A stretch of 64,000 nucleotides of DNA from Eledone cirrhosa (taxonomy: Eukaryota): positions 37,386,001 through 37,450,000 of the forward strand of contig OZ024754.1 of NCBI GenBank assembly GCA_964016885.1, in the 5' to 3' direction. The notes beneath the pieces were generated by a model. It had not been told where the DNA came from. It ran no database searches and worked only from the letters and a program-made list of their open reading frames with translations. Position numbers and translations under genes: made by a program. Shown one piece after another: positions 41,972 to 55,520 of this stretch; position 1 is the stretch's first letter, and each line of letters begins with the position of its first letter.

Positions 41972-42115
41972 AAATCAAAGAAGCCTTTGACATGTTTGAT
42001 ATTGATCACGATGGTCAAATCACAAGCAGTGAACTGAAAGAGGTGATGAAATCACTGGGTCAATCACCTTCTAAATTGGAATTGGAGGAAATGATTAGGG
42101 AAGTTGACACGGACG
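41972..42115 (+). CDS. Exon (calmodulin exon-3 equivalent) of squidulin-like EF-hand protein; (E)[47 protein letters not shown](G)
   Basis: ttttttccAG acceptor and GTAAG donor. 144 nt as in calmodulin exon 3. Canonical EF-hand loop [12 protein letters not shown] plus the start of EF2 (DTDG). The motifs FDMFDID.DGQITS and [13 protein letters not shown] match my recollection of squid squidulin rather than true calmodulin. Confidence 0.93.
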
Positions 42116-42174
42116 GTAAGTGACAAACTTATAGTTATTGGCTTATTTCAGAGGACATGCAGAAAATATTCAAA

Positions 42175-42690
42175 TAATAATGGTTTCTACGTTAGGCACA
42201 AGGCCAGCAATTATCCAGTGCATTACTGGTACTTTATTTTATCGACCCCGTAAGGATGAAAGGCAAAGTCAACCTCGGCGGGATTTGAACTCAGATCGTA
42301 AAAGGACGTAACTATGCTGGAAAGCATGGCGTCTGACCCTCCACCGATACTGCCAATCCACCGCCCTTTCAAATAATAATAATAATTGTTTCTACTTTTG
42401 GCACAAGGCCAGCAATTATCCCAGAATGTAAAGGGCTGTAACTAAATGTCACAAAGCATTTTTCCAACACTCGAACGACACTGCTTATCCACTACCCTTA
42501 TAATGATAATAATAATTGTTTCTACTTTTGGCACAAGGCCAGCAATTATCCCAGTGCATTACTGGTACTCTATTTTATCTACCCCATAAGGATAAAAGGC
42601 AAAGTTAACCTCGGCAGGATTTGAACTCAGATCATAAAGAGCCATAACTATGCTGAAAAGCATGGAGTCCGACTCTCTACCAATACAATC
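42175..42690 (-). mobile_element. Cluster of Nin-like SINEs just downstream of exon
   Basis: Two near-full copies plus a tail fragment and an inserted SINE-head segment. Confidence 0.78.
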
Positions 42691-42691
42691 A

Positions 42692-43500
42692 CCGTTTAAC
42701 ATTCATTTTCCATGCTAGCATGGGTTAGACAAGTTGTCCCATTGCGAAACAAGTCAGATCAGTTGACAGACAATGTCTTGCTTATACAGAACATTTCTCC
42801 ACTACTTTTTGTTATGTCACCAACATGACCACCTTGCAGAGTGGACTGGGTGCTTATTTGATGTCACCAACATGACCACCTTGCAAGGTGGACTGGCTGC
42901 TTATTTGATGTCACCAACATGACCACCTTGCAGGGTGGACTGGCTGCTTATTTGATGTCACCAACATGACCACCTTGCAGGGTGGACTGGGTACTTATTT
43001 GATGTCACCAACATGACCACCTTGCAGGGTGGACTGGGTGCTTATTTGATGTCACCAACATGACCACCTTGCAGAGTGGACTGGCTGCTTATTTGATGTC
43101 ACCAACATGACCACCTTGCAGGGTGGACTGGGTGCTTATTTGATGTCACCAACATGACCACCTTGCAGAGTGGACTGGCTGCTTATTTGATGTCACCAAC
43201 ATGACCACCTTGCAGAGTGGACTGGCTGCTTATTTGATGTCACCAACACGACCACCTTGCAGAGTGGACTGGCTGCTTATTTGATGTCACCAACACGGCC
43301 ACCTTGCAGGGTGGACTGGGTGCTTATTTGATGTCACCAACATGACCACCTTGCAGGGTGGACTGGCTGCTTATTTGATGTCACCAACATGACCACCTTG
43401 CAGGGTGGACTGGGTGCTTATTTGATGTCACCAACATGACCACCTTGCAGGGTGGACTGGCTGCTTATTTGATGTCACCAACATGACCACCTTGCAGGGT
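42692..43500 (-). repeat. RTE-related element with ~40-bp minisatellite (GATGTCACCAACATGACCACCTTGCAG.GTGGACTGG.TGCTTATTT-type units)
   Basis: Tandem units 42812-43500; a diverged version of the 48-bp motif. Unit length and copy number are approximate. Confidence 0.82.
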
Positions 43501-44067
43501 GGGGATGTTAGATTTACCTTTCATTCTTACAGGATCAATAGATAGATAGATAGATAGATAGATATCTTTATTACAGATAGATATATTTCTTTATTTGCCA
43601 CAAGGGCACACACAAAAAGGGGACAAAACAAAGACATGCCGGGGATTTTACATACAATCGTGTAAAAATATGAAACAAACAAATATAACAATCGAAATCC
43701 CCAATAAGGGGGAAGATAGATAGATAGATAGATAGATATGTTTCTTTATTAGCCACAGGGGCACAAAAGAAGGGGACAAATACAAAGGGGAAAGATAGAT
43801 AGATAGATAGATTAGTGCCTGTTTACATGCATGGACATGTGATTTGTGAGTACCTGCATGGCTTGTGTATGTGTGTATGTGTATGTGTGTATGTGTGTGT
43901 GCGTATATGTATCTATGTATCTATGTGTGTGTGTGTGTAAGGAGATGGGGGAAGGGAGATAATTCTTAACTATTCTTCAGGAGATTGAAAAGTGAAGTGA
44001 AAAAGACAACATTGATCAAATGAAATTGCAATTAAATCTACGAAAGAGATATTGATGACAGGAAGAT

Positions 44068-44700
44068 ATAGCAGCAGCACCAGCACTAACAGCAGCAGCA
44101 CCAGCACCACTAACAGCAGCAGTACCAGCATCAGCATCAGTAGCACCAGCATCAGTAACACCAGCACCACTAACAGCAGCAGTACCAGCATCAGTAGCAG
44201 CAGCACCAGCAGTAGCATCAGTAGCACAAGCAGCAGTAACACAAGCATCAGCAGCAGTAGCACCAGCAGCACTAACAGCAGCAGTAGCAGCATCAGTAGC
44301 AGCAGTTGTTCCAGTAGGCACTACCAACAACAACAACAACTGCTACTACAATAGAAGCAGGAACAACTACAGCAGGAACATCCACCACCACCACCACCAC
44401 TACCACCACCACAAACACCACCACCACTACCACCACCACAAACACCACCACCACTACTACCAACACAAACAACAACAACTACTATTACTATGATTATACT
44501 ACTACTATACCACCACCACTACTACTACTACTACTATACCACCACCACCACCACCACCACAACCACAACCACCACTACTACTACTACTACTACCACTACA
44601 ACCAACGAGTAGCAACAACTATATCCTGAAACGATAGAAATAAAACGCCACCACTACCACCACCAACCATAATAACAACAGCAGCAGTAGCAGCAGCAAT
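44068..44700. repeat. (CAG)/(CAC)/(CTA) trinucleotide low-complexity tract
   Basis: Direct inspection. Confidence 0.9.
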
Positions 44701-45456
44701 AGCTGTCAAAACAAAATGGTGATGATGATAAGAAGAAGAGAAGGAGGAAAAATAAGTAGAAGAATGTAGTTTGTTCGTTTTAATTCTCTAATCTTTTAGC
44801 TGTATAAATGAAGAAAGAGAGATTTACTTTAGTTAAATCAATTTATTGCCGTTACTGTTCAAAACAAGATTAGATTTAAGGTGTCAGAGACAAATGTGTC
44901 GGGTCTCATTATATCTTCTAAGTCTAAAGTCTGCCTCAAGCCCGGAGACTCATCAAGCTGGTACTTAGCCCAGTTTCTCTGACATTAAGCAACTGAGAGT
45001 ACAAGACTGCTCTCTGGACAGGATGCCAGTCCATTGCAAGGTTAAAGTCTGTCTTGAACCCAGGTTAAAGTTGCAAGGTTAAAGTCTGTCTTCATCAAGC
45101 CAGTGCTTTTCCCAGTTTCCTTGGCATTGAGCAACCAAGAATACAAGGCTCCCTGCTAGACAGGACACCAGTCCATTCTATTGCAGGGTTAAACCCCAAA
45201 CTATTGCTGGTACTCATTTTCAGCCAAGTATACTGGAGCAATGTGATATGAAGTGTTTTGTTCAAGAAAAAAAAAACACACAACCCAGTCAAGGAATCAA
45301 ACCCATGACTTAATGATCATAAGACCAACACCTTTACTACTAGGCCACTTGGTCAATGAAGTTCAAGTGAAACTTCTAGAATCATCCACATTCTCCTTCT
45401 CAGCACAACACTGCAAGAGAGGATTTGCTTCATGAAGCTTGGGCTGAAAGATGGTG

Positions 45457-45750
45457 CAACACAATAATATATCAGTGGACCAGATGTTATAACGCTACAC
45501 AATAATATATCAGTGTACCAGATGTTATAACACAACACAATGATAGATCAGTGTACCAGATGTTATAACACAACACAATGATAGATCAGTGTACCAGATG
45601 TTCTAACACAACACAATGATTGATCAGTGTACCAGCTGTTATAATACAACACAATGATAGATCAGTGTACCAGATGTTATAACACAACACAATAATATAT
45701 CTGTGGACCAGATGTTATAATCAACACAACACAATAATAGATTTGTGTAC
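45457..45750. repeat. 38-bp minisatellite (~7 units)
   Basis: ACACAACACAATGATAGATCAGTGTACCAGATGTTATA. Confidence 0.88.
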
Positions 45751-48059
45751 CAACAGTAAATCAGGCTAAATGTTTATAACACCAGTCTAATAGATCAGTG
45801 TGTAGTGGGTGTTGATGATAGGGGCCTTTATAACAGGCTGGTGACTTTTCCTAGTATGTCTCAACCTCTTTCAGACCTACTACAGCTCATTTGTTTATAA
45901 TAATTGTTTCTACTTTTGGCACAAGGCCAGCAATTATCCCAGTGTATTACTGGTACTTTATTTTATCGACCCCGTAAGGATGAAAGGCAAAGTTAACCTC
46001 GACGGGATTTGAACTCAGACCATAAAGGGCTGTAACTCTATGCTGCAAAGCATGGCATCCGACCCTCTACCGATACTGCCAATCTACCGCCCTTTATAAT
46101 AATTGTTTCTACTTTAGGCACAAGGCCAGCAATTACCCAGTGCATTACTGGTACTTTATGTTAGCAAAGTAGAGCTCAAACCAATAACAGCCGTCAACAG
46201 TACCAGATAACATGAGACCCCCACTGTTCTCTATTGCTGGAGGGGATATTGGGATCTTGTGTCAAAATAAAGATAGTTGATAGATTGATAGTTTCAATGT
46301 TTCAAATTACATGACTGATAAACTGATGAGTTACAACTGTAGAAAATATCTTGACATATTGATCATTCTGTATAAACAAATCTACTAGAATCAATAGTGT
46401 TTGTTTTCATATAGAAATACTAATTATTCAGTGATGTATCAAATGTTGGTTTCTAACGTACCATGAGCTGTATAGGTCATTTTTAGAAATAAATTTTATA
46501 TGAGTTGTCTCTATTTAGAGAGAAAACAAGCATCCTCTGTTTTAAACAAACCTATAAAACATGTAACTTAAGATCCTCAATGACCTTAAATAAGTTATGA
46601 GCAAACTCAGAATATACATCTGGGACAGAGTTTATTTAGATAATAAGAATAAGTTACATAGGAGTAAAAACTAAATTGACAAAGATAAAATATGCTGATA
46701 TTTTGAATTGCTATTTCTTTAGATAAGATGTTTAGATACTTATACATCAAATCTACACAAGGGGATAATATTTTGAAAGTTTTTCATCGTTTCTGAATAT
46801 TTAAGGATAATTAAAACAGTTTTCTAATGTAAAAGCCTAAAGAACTTAATGATTAGTTCAGTACAACAATTTTAAATACACAAGTTCTTGTGTGTAACTT
46901 ATCTTTAGTAGTTTGAATAGTGTAGTGTGTTATCCAAGATCGATAGTGTCTTTTGACAGGTTACACATGAATTTAGAATGGCCGAATGGTTAAGAGGTTT
47001 GCACTGCAATCATTAAGTCCTGGGTTTAATCCTACCATGTGGTATCTTGGGCAAGTGTCATTTACCATAATCTAGGATTAACCCAAGCCTTGTAAGTGAA
47101 ATTGGCTATATGGAGAGAGTTAGCAATGTCTCCACAGTTTTACAATCTTTTTAGATATGATTGGATGTTAACAGAACCTAATACCAGCAGATACTCTGTC
47201 TACTATTACCCAGCACTACTACTACATTCTATAGAGGGTTAGTGGAGAGCAAGAGCAATGACAACCCTGGGAAAACTGAGTGTCGACGAAAGCCAACTAG
47301 CTATTCTTTTCCGGAGGACTTTTGATCCCGGGCCAATGGATAATTTCCAGAAATCCCTGTCCTGACTTTGTATGTTTTTTCTGCCCAGATGGCACCCATA
47401 GCCTTTTGGACCTGGGACTCAGTCTCCCATTCCACCTGGCGTGATTTGTGTCCAATTGTACAGTATGAGACTGTACACAGACGTCGGTTTTTCAGGACGT
47501 CGGGTGGATGGGGGAGACTGACTCTGTGGCTGCTCTTCTTCACCAAAAGCTTTGCCCCCCCCCCCTCATCTTCTCATTGCTGGCATGGACCCTTTCTACG
47601 TTTTTAGTTGCCCTCGCGAAGGATACGGTCCTTTGGGTGGGTCCTATCTGCTTCGAGGGTTCATCATCTCTGCTTCTGCTGTTGCTGTTGTTGCTGCTGC
47701 TGCCACTACTGCTGTTGATGCTGTTGGTAGTGGTGGTGGCAGTGTTTGTACTGGTGTTAATGTTAGTGAGTGTGGTGGTGGTGGTGGTGGTGTTGGTGAT
47801 GGTATAATTTACCTTCAGGTCTACATCTGACATACTAAAATGGCGCATACTTTTCTCGTGCAAAGTTTTTGTGTTTTGGCTCATGGAAGGGGACCGGGGG
47901 TTGGTGGGTTACCTCCATATTTCTTCTTCTGTAAAGATAAACCCTGTTATAGCAGGGGAAATGGTTTTACCATGCTTGTTGTTGTTACTTGACTTGCGGT
48001 GGTAGTATCTCAGATTTATAGATATTCCTTTCACCTTCAGACTGTTATACATGTTATAC

Positions 48060-48840
48060 ATAATACCATGTTAGTAATATATATTATATATAGTACCTTG
48101 TTAGATATATATATGTCATACATAGTACCTTGTTAGATATATATATATATTATACATAGTCAGACATATATTATATATAGTACCTTGTTAGATATATATA
48201 TGTCATACATAGTACCTTGTTAGATATATATATATATATATATATTATACATAGTCAGACATATATTATATGTAGTACCTTGTTAGATATATATTATATA
48301 TAGTACCTTGTTAGATATATATTATATATAGTACCTTGTTAGATATATATATTATATATAGTACTTTGTTAGTAATATATATTATATATAGTACCTTGAT
48401 AGATATATATAGTACCTTCTTAGAAATATATATTATATATAGTTTCTTGTTAGATATATATATATATGTTATATATAGTTCCACACTGTAAATGTGGTTG
48501 GTGTTAGGAAGGGCATCCAGCCATAGAAAACCTGCCAGATAGTCCTATATGAGCGAGACACGGTCACCCGACCAACCTTGCCTCAAGTGGGACAACTCCC
48601 GTCTAACCCATGCTAGCGTGAAAAATGGACGTTAAATGAAGATGATGATGATGATGATGATAGTACCTTGTTAGATATATATATTATATATAGTACCTTG
48701 TTAGATATATATGTTAGATATATATATGTTATATATAGTTCCTTGTTAGATATATATATATGTTATATATATAGTACCTTGTTAGATATATATTATATAT
48801 AGTACCTTCTTAGATATACATATTATGTATAGTACCGAGC
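48060..48840. repeat. ~29-bp TAGTACCTTGTTAGATATA.. minisatellite interrupted by a SINE tail (48481-48660, +)
   Basis: Direct inspection. Confidence 0.82.
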
Positions 48841-49190
48841 TAGAAGTTCACATTATACATAATGCCTTAGTAGAAATATTTATTAGATACATTGTTGTTA
48901 AAAAAAATCAATATAAAAGTTGATCACAGAATCTGTTTTCACATTTCCATGTAATGCAAATGAAGCCGTATAATAAGTCAAGTTTTCCTATTACTAAAGG
49001 CTATACTTGTAAAAACAACCTGGAAGAAAGAAGAAAAACTTTAATCCAATAACTCCATTCTCTACTTCAAACACATTAAGAATATCTTAAATCAAACTTT
49101 AGATTATTTTAGAATCTTTTTAGTCTCATTCTATAGATAATTAGCTTTCACCAGTAACATACAGTTTTATCAAATTTTAGTATTACTACA

Positions 49191-49872
49191 AATAATTGTT
49201 TCTATTTTAGGCACAAGGCCAGCAATTACCCAGTACATTACTGGTACTTTATTTTATCGATCCCGTAAGGATGAAAGGCAAAGTTAACCTCGGCGGGATT
49301 TGAACTCAGATCATAAAGGGATGTAACTCTATGCTGCAAAGCATGGTACAAATAATTGTTTCTACGTTAGGCACAAGGCCAGCAATTACCCAGTGCATTA
49401 CTGGTACTTTATTTTATCGACCCCCGTAAGGATGAAAGGCAAAGTCAACCTCGGCGGGATTTGAACTCAGATCGTAAAGGGACGTAACTATGCTGGAAAG
49501 CATGGCGTCCGACCCTCTACTGCCAAATAATTGTTTCTACTTTAGGCACAAGGCCAGCAATTATCCAGTGTATTACTGGTACTTTATTTTATCGACCCCG
49601 TAAGGATGAAAGGCAAAGTCAACCTCGGCGGGATTTGAACTCAGATCGTAAAGGGATGTAACTATGCTGGAAAGCATGGCGTCCGACCCTCTACTGCCAA
49701 ATAATTGTTTCTACTTTAGGCACAAGGCCAGCAATTATCCAGTGTATTACTGGTACTTTATTTTATCGACCCCGTAAGGATGAAAGGCAAAGTCAACCTC
49801 GGCGGGATTTGAACTCAGATCGTAAAGGGACGTAACTATGTTGAAAGCATGGCGTCCGACCCTCTACTGCCA
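49191..49872 (-). mobile_element. Four head-to-tail Nin-like SINE copies
   Basis: Units start ~49191, 49351, 49526 and 49700. Confidence 0.85.
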
Positions 49873-50037
49873 AATAATGTTTCTCTAACATTGGCTACAT
49901 TTCAACAGTGTTAATCTAGTTAATCTAGTTAATCAGTTAATCCATATTTTCAAAGGTGTTAGACTTCTTTCCAATTCATGATACTAAAATCATGGAATCA
50001 TACTTGAAACTTAATTTTGTTTCATTCTGTTTTATAA

Positions 50038-50290
50038 ATCACCATCATCGGGCAGCCTCAGCTGAAATTGACTCAACAATTGATCTCCGCGTGGGTCTGT
50101 TGTTCATTGCCGCCACCAAATCCTGGATTTCAATACCAGAATCTCTAGAGATGACATCGGGGTAGGAGAACTTGCGACCCCTTGTGGTTTCCAAAGCACT
50201 AATGGGGGACACAGCGGCAGTAGCCAGCAAATATTACTCTCCTTTTACGACAGATATGCGTAAGAGGCCGGCATACATTTCTCTCAAATA
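50038..50290 (-). mobile_element. RTE LINE 3' end, same family as 16975-17283
   Basis: ..GRKFSYPDVISRDSGIEIQDLVAAMNNRPTRRSIV.. then a TGATGGTGAT tail. Confidence 0.78.
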
Positions 50291-51703
50291 TATTTCTTAT
50301 AAATAAATGTTGACCCAATTTGACCTATAACTAAAAGAAGGATCAAGGTGATAAGGCTGATAGGGCATTATCAACTCAAATGAAGTGAAATAGTTGCAAA
50401 CAGGGATAGAATGGTTAAGATAGGACCTACCTTCTTCTGTATATCTTTTTGTAATGAAACAAAGTTGCATTAATTTGCAATCAGAAGCATCTATTTAAGC
50501 TGATCATCAGTTTGGACATAGAAAACAATGTTTCTATTGGTCTTCCTATTGTTGATAATATCTGATACCAACCTGCCCAAAACTAGCTCTGATTCTATGG
50601 AACAAAATCATACATTTTAGAGGGTTCCTATTTAAATTAAAACCTTCTAACATACTTGATATAAGAATCTTTTGTTAAATTATATTACAAGTACCAACTT
50701 AATAGTGAAATAATTAATATATTTATAAATCCACTCAAATTCCTCATTAATTAATTAAAAATATAATGTATTTCATCAGAAATATGGTCACACAGTTTAT
50801 AAGACTTATGTCAATCTTGAGGTATTTGAATTGAAAAAGAAAACTTTAATTTAGGATCAGAACAGTATCTCACTTCTGGTTTGTCATGTGCTTAACTGTG
50901 ACTTTACAACTTTCAATATAATGTGTTGCAAATTTATTTCATGTGGAGTTACATGTCCAATCACCATAACAGGTCAGATATATAATTAATTAAGATTATT
51001 TAAGTACATATCTGGGACATGTCAGAGAAAGATGGATGACAAATTTGAACACTGAACAAATGAAGCCTGTATTGTATTATAAAGAGAATCAACACAAACT
51101 ATTGTAATGCATTTACTTCAGCATTCAACTGACTTAGCAATCTTCTTTGATCTTACCAAGAATAAATATTGATTAATTGATTGGCCTGAGTGGCATTCAG
51201 AAATTATTGAAAAATCATGATTGAAAAGTATTAGATATCTAATGTTTTTAATAATGAATATATTACTTCTAACGAAGAATTTATTTTGACTAATGAAATT
51301 ATGCTCAAAACATTTAGAGATAATAATTGTTTCTATTTTTGGCACAAGGCCAGCAATTACTCAGTGCATTACTGGTACTTTATTTTATCGACCCGGTAAG
51401 GATGAAAGGCAAAGCTAACCTCGACGGGATTTAAACTCAGACCGTAAAGGGACGTAACTATGCTGGAAAGCAAGGCGCCTGACTCTCTACATTTAGAGAT
51501 AATAATGTAATACCACAGCTATTTATTCAATCTATATAAATATCAATCACAGCAAACAGAACAAACAGAACATGTATCGATATTAATTCAGTATAATTAT
51601 AGATTATATTTGAAGAAGCATATTCATATGCACATAGAAACACACACACACATCCATATATATATATATACAGACTCTCTCACTCTCTCCTTTTCTATAT
51701 GTG

Positions 51704-51735
<32 letters not shown>

Positions 51736-51743
51736 AGCATGTG

Positions 51744-51789
<46 letters not shown>

Positions 51790-51848
51790 AATATATATAT
51801 ATATCCAGGGAGTGGAGTAATCATTCGTCCTTGTATTATTATTATTAT

Positions 51849-51959
<111 letters not shown>

Positions 51960-52027
51960 TATGTATACATGCGCACACACACATACACACACATATATAT
52001 ATATATATTTATATACATACATATGCT

Positions 52028-52073
<46 letters not shown>

Positions 52074-52150
52074 GAAAAGGAGAGAGTGAGAGAGTCTGTA
52101 TATGTGTATGTATATATATATGTATGTGTGTGTGTGTTTCTATGTGCATA

Positions 52151-52193
<43 letters not shown>

Positions 52194-52436
52194 CAAGGAC
52201 GAATGGATATATATATATATTGGCAGTGTCGGTAGAGGGTCGGACGCCATGCTTTGCAGCACAGAGTTACGGCCCTTGCCATTCTGAGTTCAAATCCCGC
52301 CGAGGTTAGCTTTGCGTTTCATCCTTACGGGGTCGATAAAATAAAGTACCAGTGATGCACTGGGATAATTGCTGGCCTTGTGCCAAAAGTAGAAACAATT
52401 ATTATTATATATATATGTACAAATATATATATGTGC

Positions 52437-52482
<46 letters not shown>

Positions 52483-52487
52483 TTATA

Positions 52488-52684
52488 TAATGAAGGAGTT
52501 GTGGGAAGGAACCAGATGGAGTATAACGCACCAGAGTACTCAATACTTAGGGTAGTACAGTGGGTAATAGGAGAAAGTATGACCCCGATAGCAGAGCTCA
52601 AGCCGTTTCGACGGCTATTTCTGGACTCAGTCCAGAAATAGCCGTCAAAACAGCTTGAGCTCTGCCATCGGGGTCATACATTTT

Positions 52685-52688
<4 letters not shown>
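52488..52688 (-). mobile_element. Fold-back element family A
   Basis: Palindrome centred at 52628, tail on the left, TA-rich flanks. Confidence 0.8.
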
Positions 52689-52736
<48 letters not shown>

Positions 52737-53104
52737 TGTACATGAGGGGAGATGGAGCAGCATAGAAACTTTTAATGCTGTTTCCCATTTTTGATGTACA
52801 TATTTTCTATCCTATTTCCTCACCAAATAATGATTCTAAAACGTTCGTCTGTGACTTTTCCATTGATCAGCATTCTTTTATGTGGCAAATGGCAGAATCA
52901 TGTGGCAAATCCTGGAATTGGCCACGTTTAAAGAGTTCTTTGATGTGTGTTAGTTGGTTACTCAGCTAACACCACATCAGACAACCTCCAATGATGATTC
53001 ACTATCAAATAAACTCAGACTTAGCATTGATGACATTTCATTAATAGTTGTCATAGAAACCAGCATAGATATTTATGTATATATATATCATCATCATATA
53101 TAGA

Positions 53105-54823
53105 CAGAAAACCGACCTTCCCTTACGTATGAACTTCAGTAGGCAGCTCTTAACCTAATATACACCCCCACCCCACACCCTCTACTCCACCCTCCCACTT
53201 TTGTCCGCACCACCCTTTCTCTGTAAAGTTATGTTGGTACCACAGAACATCTAGTCCACACTGTAAAGTGGTCGTGTTAGGTGACATAACAAAAAGCACC
53301 CAGTCCACACTGTAAAGTGGTCGTGTAAGTGACACGGTAAAAAGACTCCCAGTCCACACTGTAAAGTGGTCGTGTAGGTGACATGACAAAAAGCACCCAG
53401 TCCACACTGTAAAGTGGTCATATAGGTGACATGGTAAAAAAGCAACCAGTCCACACTGTAAAGTGGTCGTGTAGGTGACATGACAAAAAGCACCCAGTCC
53501 ACACTGTAAAGTGGTCATATAGGTGACATGACAAAAAGCAACCAGTCCACACTGTAAAGTGGTCGTGTAGGTGACATGGTAAAAAAGCAACCAGTCCACA
53601 CTGTAAAGTGGTCGTGTAAGTGACATGGTAAAAAAGCAACCAGTCCACACTGTAAAGTGGTCGTGTAGGTGACATGGTAAAAAAGCAACCAGTCCACACT
53701 GTAAAGTGGTCGTGTAGGTGACATGGTAAAAAAGCAACCAGTCCACACTGTAAAGTGGTCGTGTAGGTGACATGGTAAAAAAGCAACCAGTCCACACTGT
53801 AAAGTGGTCATGTAGGTGACATGGTAAAAAGACTCCCAGTCCACACTGTAAAGTGGTCGTGTAGGTGACATGACAAAAAGCACCCAGTCCACACTGTAAA
53901 GTGGTCATGTAGGTGACATGGTAAAAAAGCAACCAGTCCACACTGTAAAGTGGTCGTGTAGGTGACATGGTAAAAAAGCAACCAGTCAACACTGTAAAGT
54001 GGTCGTGTAGGTGACATGGTAAAAAAGCAACCAGTCCACACTGTAAAGTGGTCGTGTAGGTGACATGGTAAAAAAGCAACCAGTCCACACTGTAAAGTGG
54101 TCGTGTAGGTGACATGGTAAAAAGACTCCCAGTCCACACTGTAAAGTGGTCGTGTAGGTGACATGACAAAAAGCACCCAGTCCACACTGTAAAGTGGTCA
54201 TGTAGGTGACATGGTAAAAAAGCAACCAGTCCACACTGTAAAGTGGTCGTGTAGGTGACATGGTAAAAAAGCAACCAGTCCACACTGTAAAGTGGTCGTG
54301 TAGGTGACATGGTAAAAAAGCAACCAGTCCACACTGTAAAGTGGTCGTGTAGGTGACATGGTAAAAAAGCAACCAGTCCACACTGTAAAGTGGTCGTGTA
54401 GGTGACATGGTAAAAAGACTCCCAGTCCACACTGTAAAGTGGTCGTGTAGGTGACATGACAAAAAGCACCCAGTCCACACTGTAAAGTGGTCATGTAGGT
54501 GACATGGTAAAAAAGCAACCAGTCCACACTGTAAAGTGGTCGTGTAGGTGACATGGTAAAAAAGCAACCAGTCAACACTGTAAAGTGGTCGTGTAGGTGA
54601 CATGGTAAAAAGGCTCCCAGTCCACACTGTAAAGTGGTCATGTGGGAGACACGGCTCCCAGTCCACACTAAATGCGGTTGGTGTTAGGAAGGGCATCCAG
54701 TCGTAGAAAGCCTGCCAGAAACAGTTCTATATGAGTGAGACACGGTCACCCAACCAATCTTGCCTCAAGTGGGACAAACCCCTCCCACCCATGCTAACGT
54801 GGAAGATGGATGTTAAACGATGA

Positions 54824-54826
<3 letters not shown>
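53105..54826 (+). mobile_element. RTE-related element with ~1.4 kb 48/49-bp minisatellite
   Basis: CAGTCCACACTGTAAAGTGGTCGTGTAGGTGACATGG.. units 53252-54668; (TGA)n tail. Confidence 0.88.
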
Positions 54827-54854
<28 letters not shown>

Positions 54855-54857
<3 letters not shown>

Positions 54858-55019
54858 CGAAGGAAATGTGGTAAGGAACCAGGTGGACCATAACGCACCA
54901 AAGTACTCAATACTTAGGGTAGTAGAGTGGGTAATAGGAACGAGTAGGACCCCGACGGCTGAGCTCAAGCCGTTTCGACGGCTAACGGCTTGAGCTCAGC
55001 CGTCGGGGTCCTACTCGTT

Positions 55020-55024
<5 letters not shown>
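54855..55024 (-). mobile_element. Fold-back element family A
   Basis: Perfect 40-bp arms 54935-54974 / 54984-55024 region, tail, (TA)n on both sides. Confidence 0.82.
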
Positions 55025-55082
<58 letters not shown>

Positions 55083-55371
55083 TTGTTCAACGTTAATTTT
55101 TCCATGTTTGCATGGGTTAGACAGTTCATCCATGTCAAGAGACAAGTATGACCAGAATTGGCTGTGCCATACCTAGCTTAGACATCAAGGAACAGCTTCA
55201 AGCAGTCACTGAAGACAATCTGTGACAAAGTTCCCATTGCCAATACAAACCAGTTAAATTCTGCAGGTTATCAAAATATAATAAATATAAATGTTAAATA
55301 CTCTGGTTTACACTTTCTCATGAAACCTGTTGCATTATGGATAAACAAAACAAGAAAATAAATATACATTC

Positions 55372-55520
55372 GAAATAGAAGCTTTCGCCGCATTTTTTAC
55401 TAAAGAAATTTTAGCCTGGCAGGTATGCCATACTCATCTTTTTCCATTTCTTAGAGGGTTCAAAACCCTACTGTCAGGCTAAAATTCTTTAGTCAAAAAT
55501 ACAGTGAAAGCTTCTATTTC
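55372..55520. mobile_element. Hairpin/MITE-like element
   Basis: ~50-bp imperfect inverted arms GAAATAGAAGCTTTC../..GAAAGCTTCTATTTC; no clear TSD. Confidence 0.55.

Noticed and set aside
43970-44478. Poly-Ser / poly-Leu / poly-Ala ORFs
   Set aside because: Trinucleotide low-complexity tract with no splice signals linking it to the EF-hand gene.
53150-54696. 442-aa repetitive ORF and similar ORFs at 7827-8951, 13261-13708 and 27155-28324
   Set aside because: Read-through of TE-derived minisatellites in all frames; no splice or domain support.
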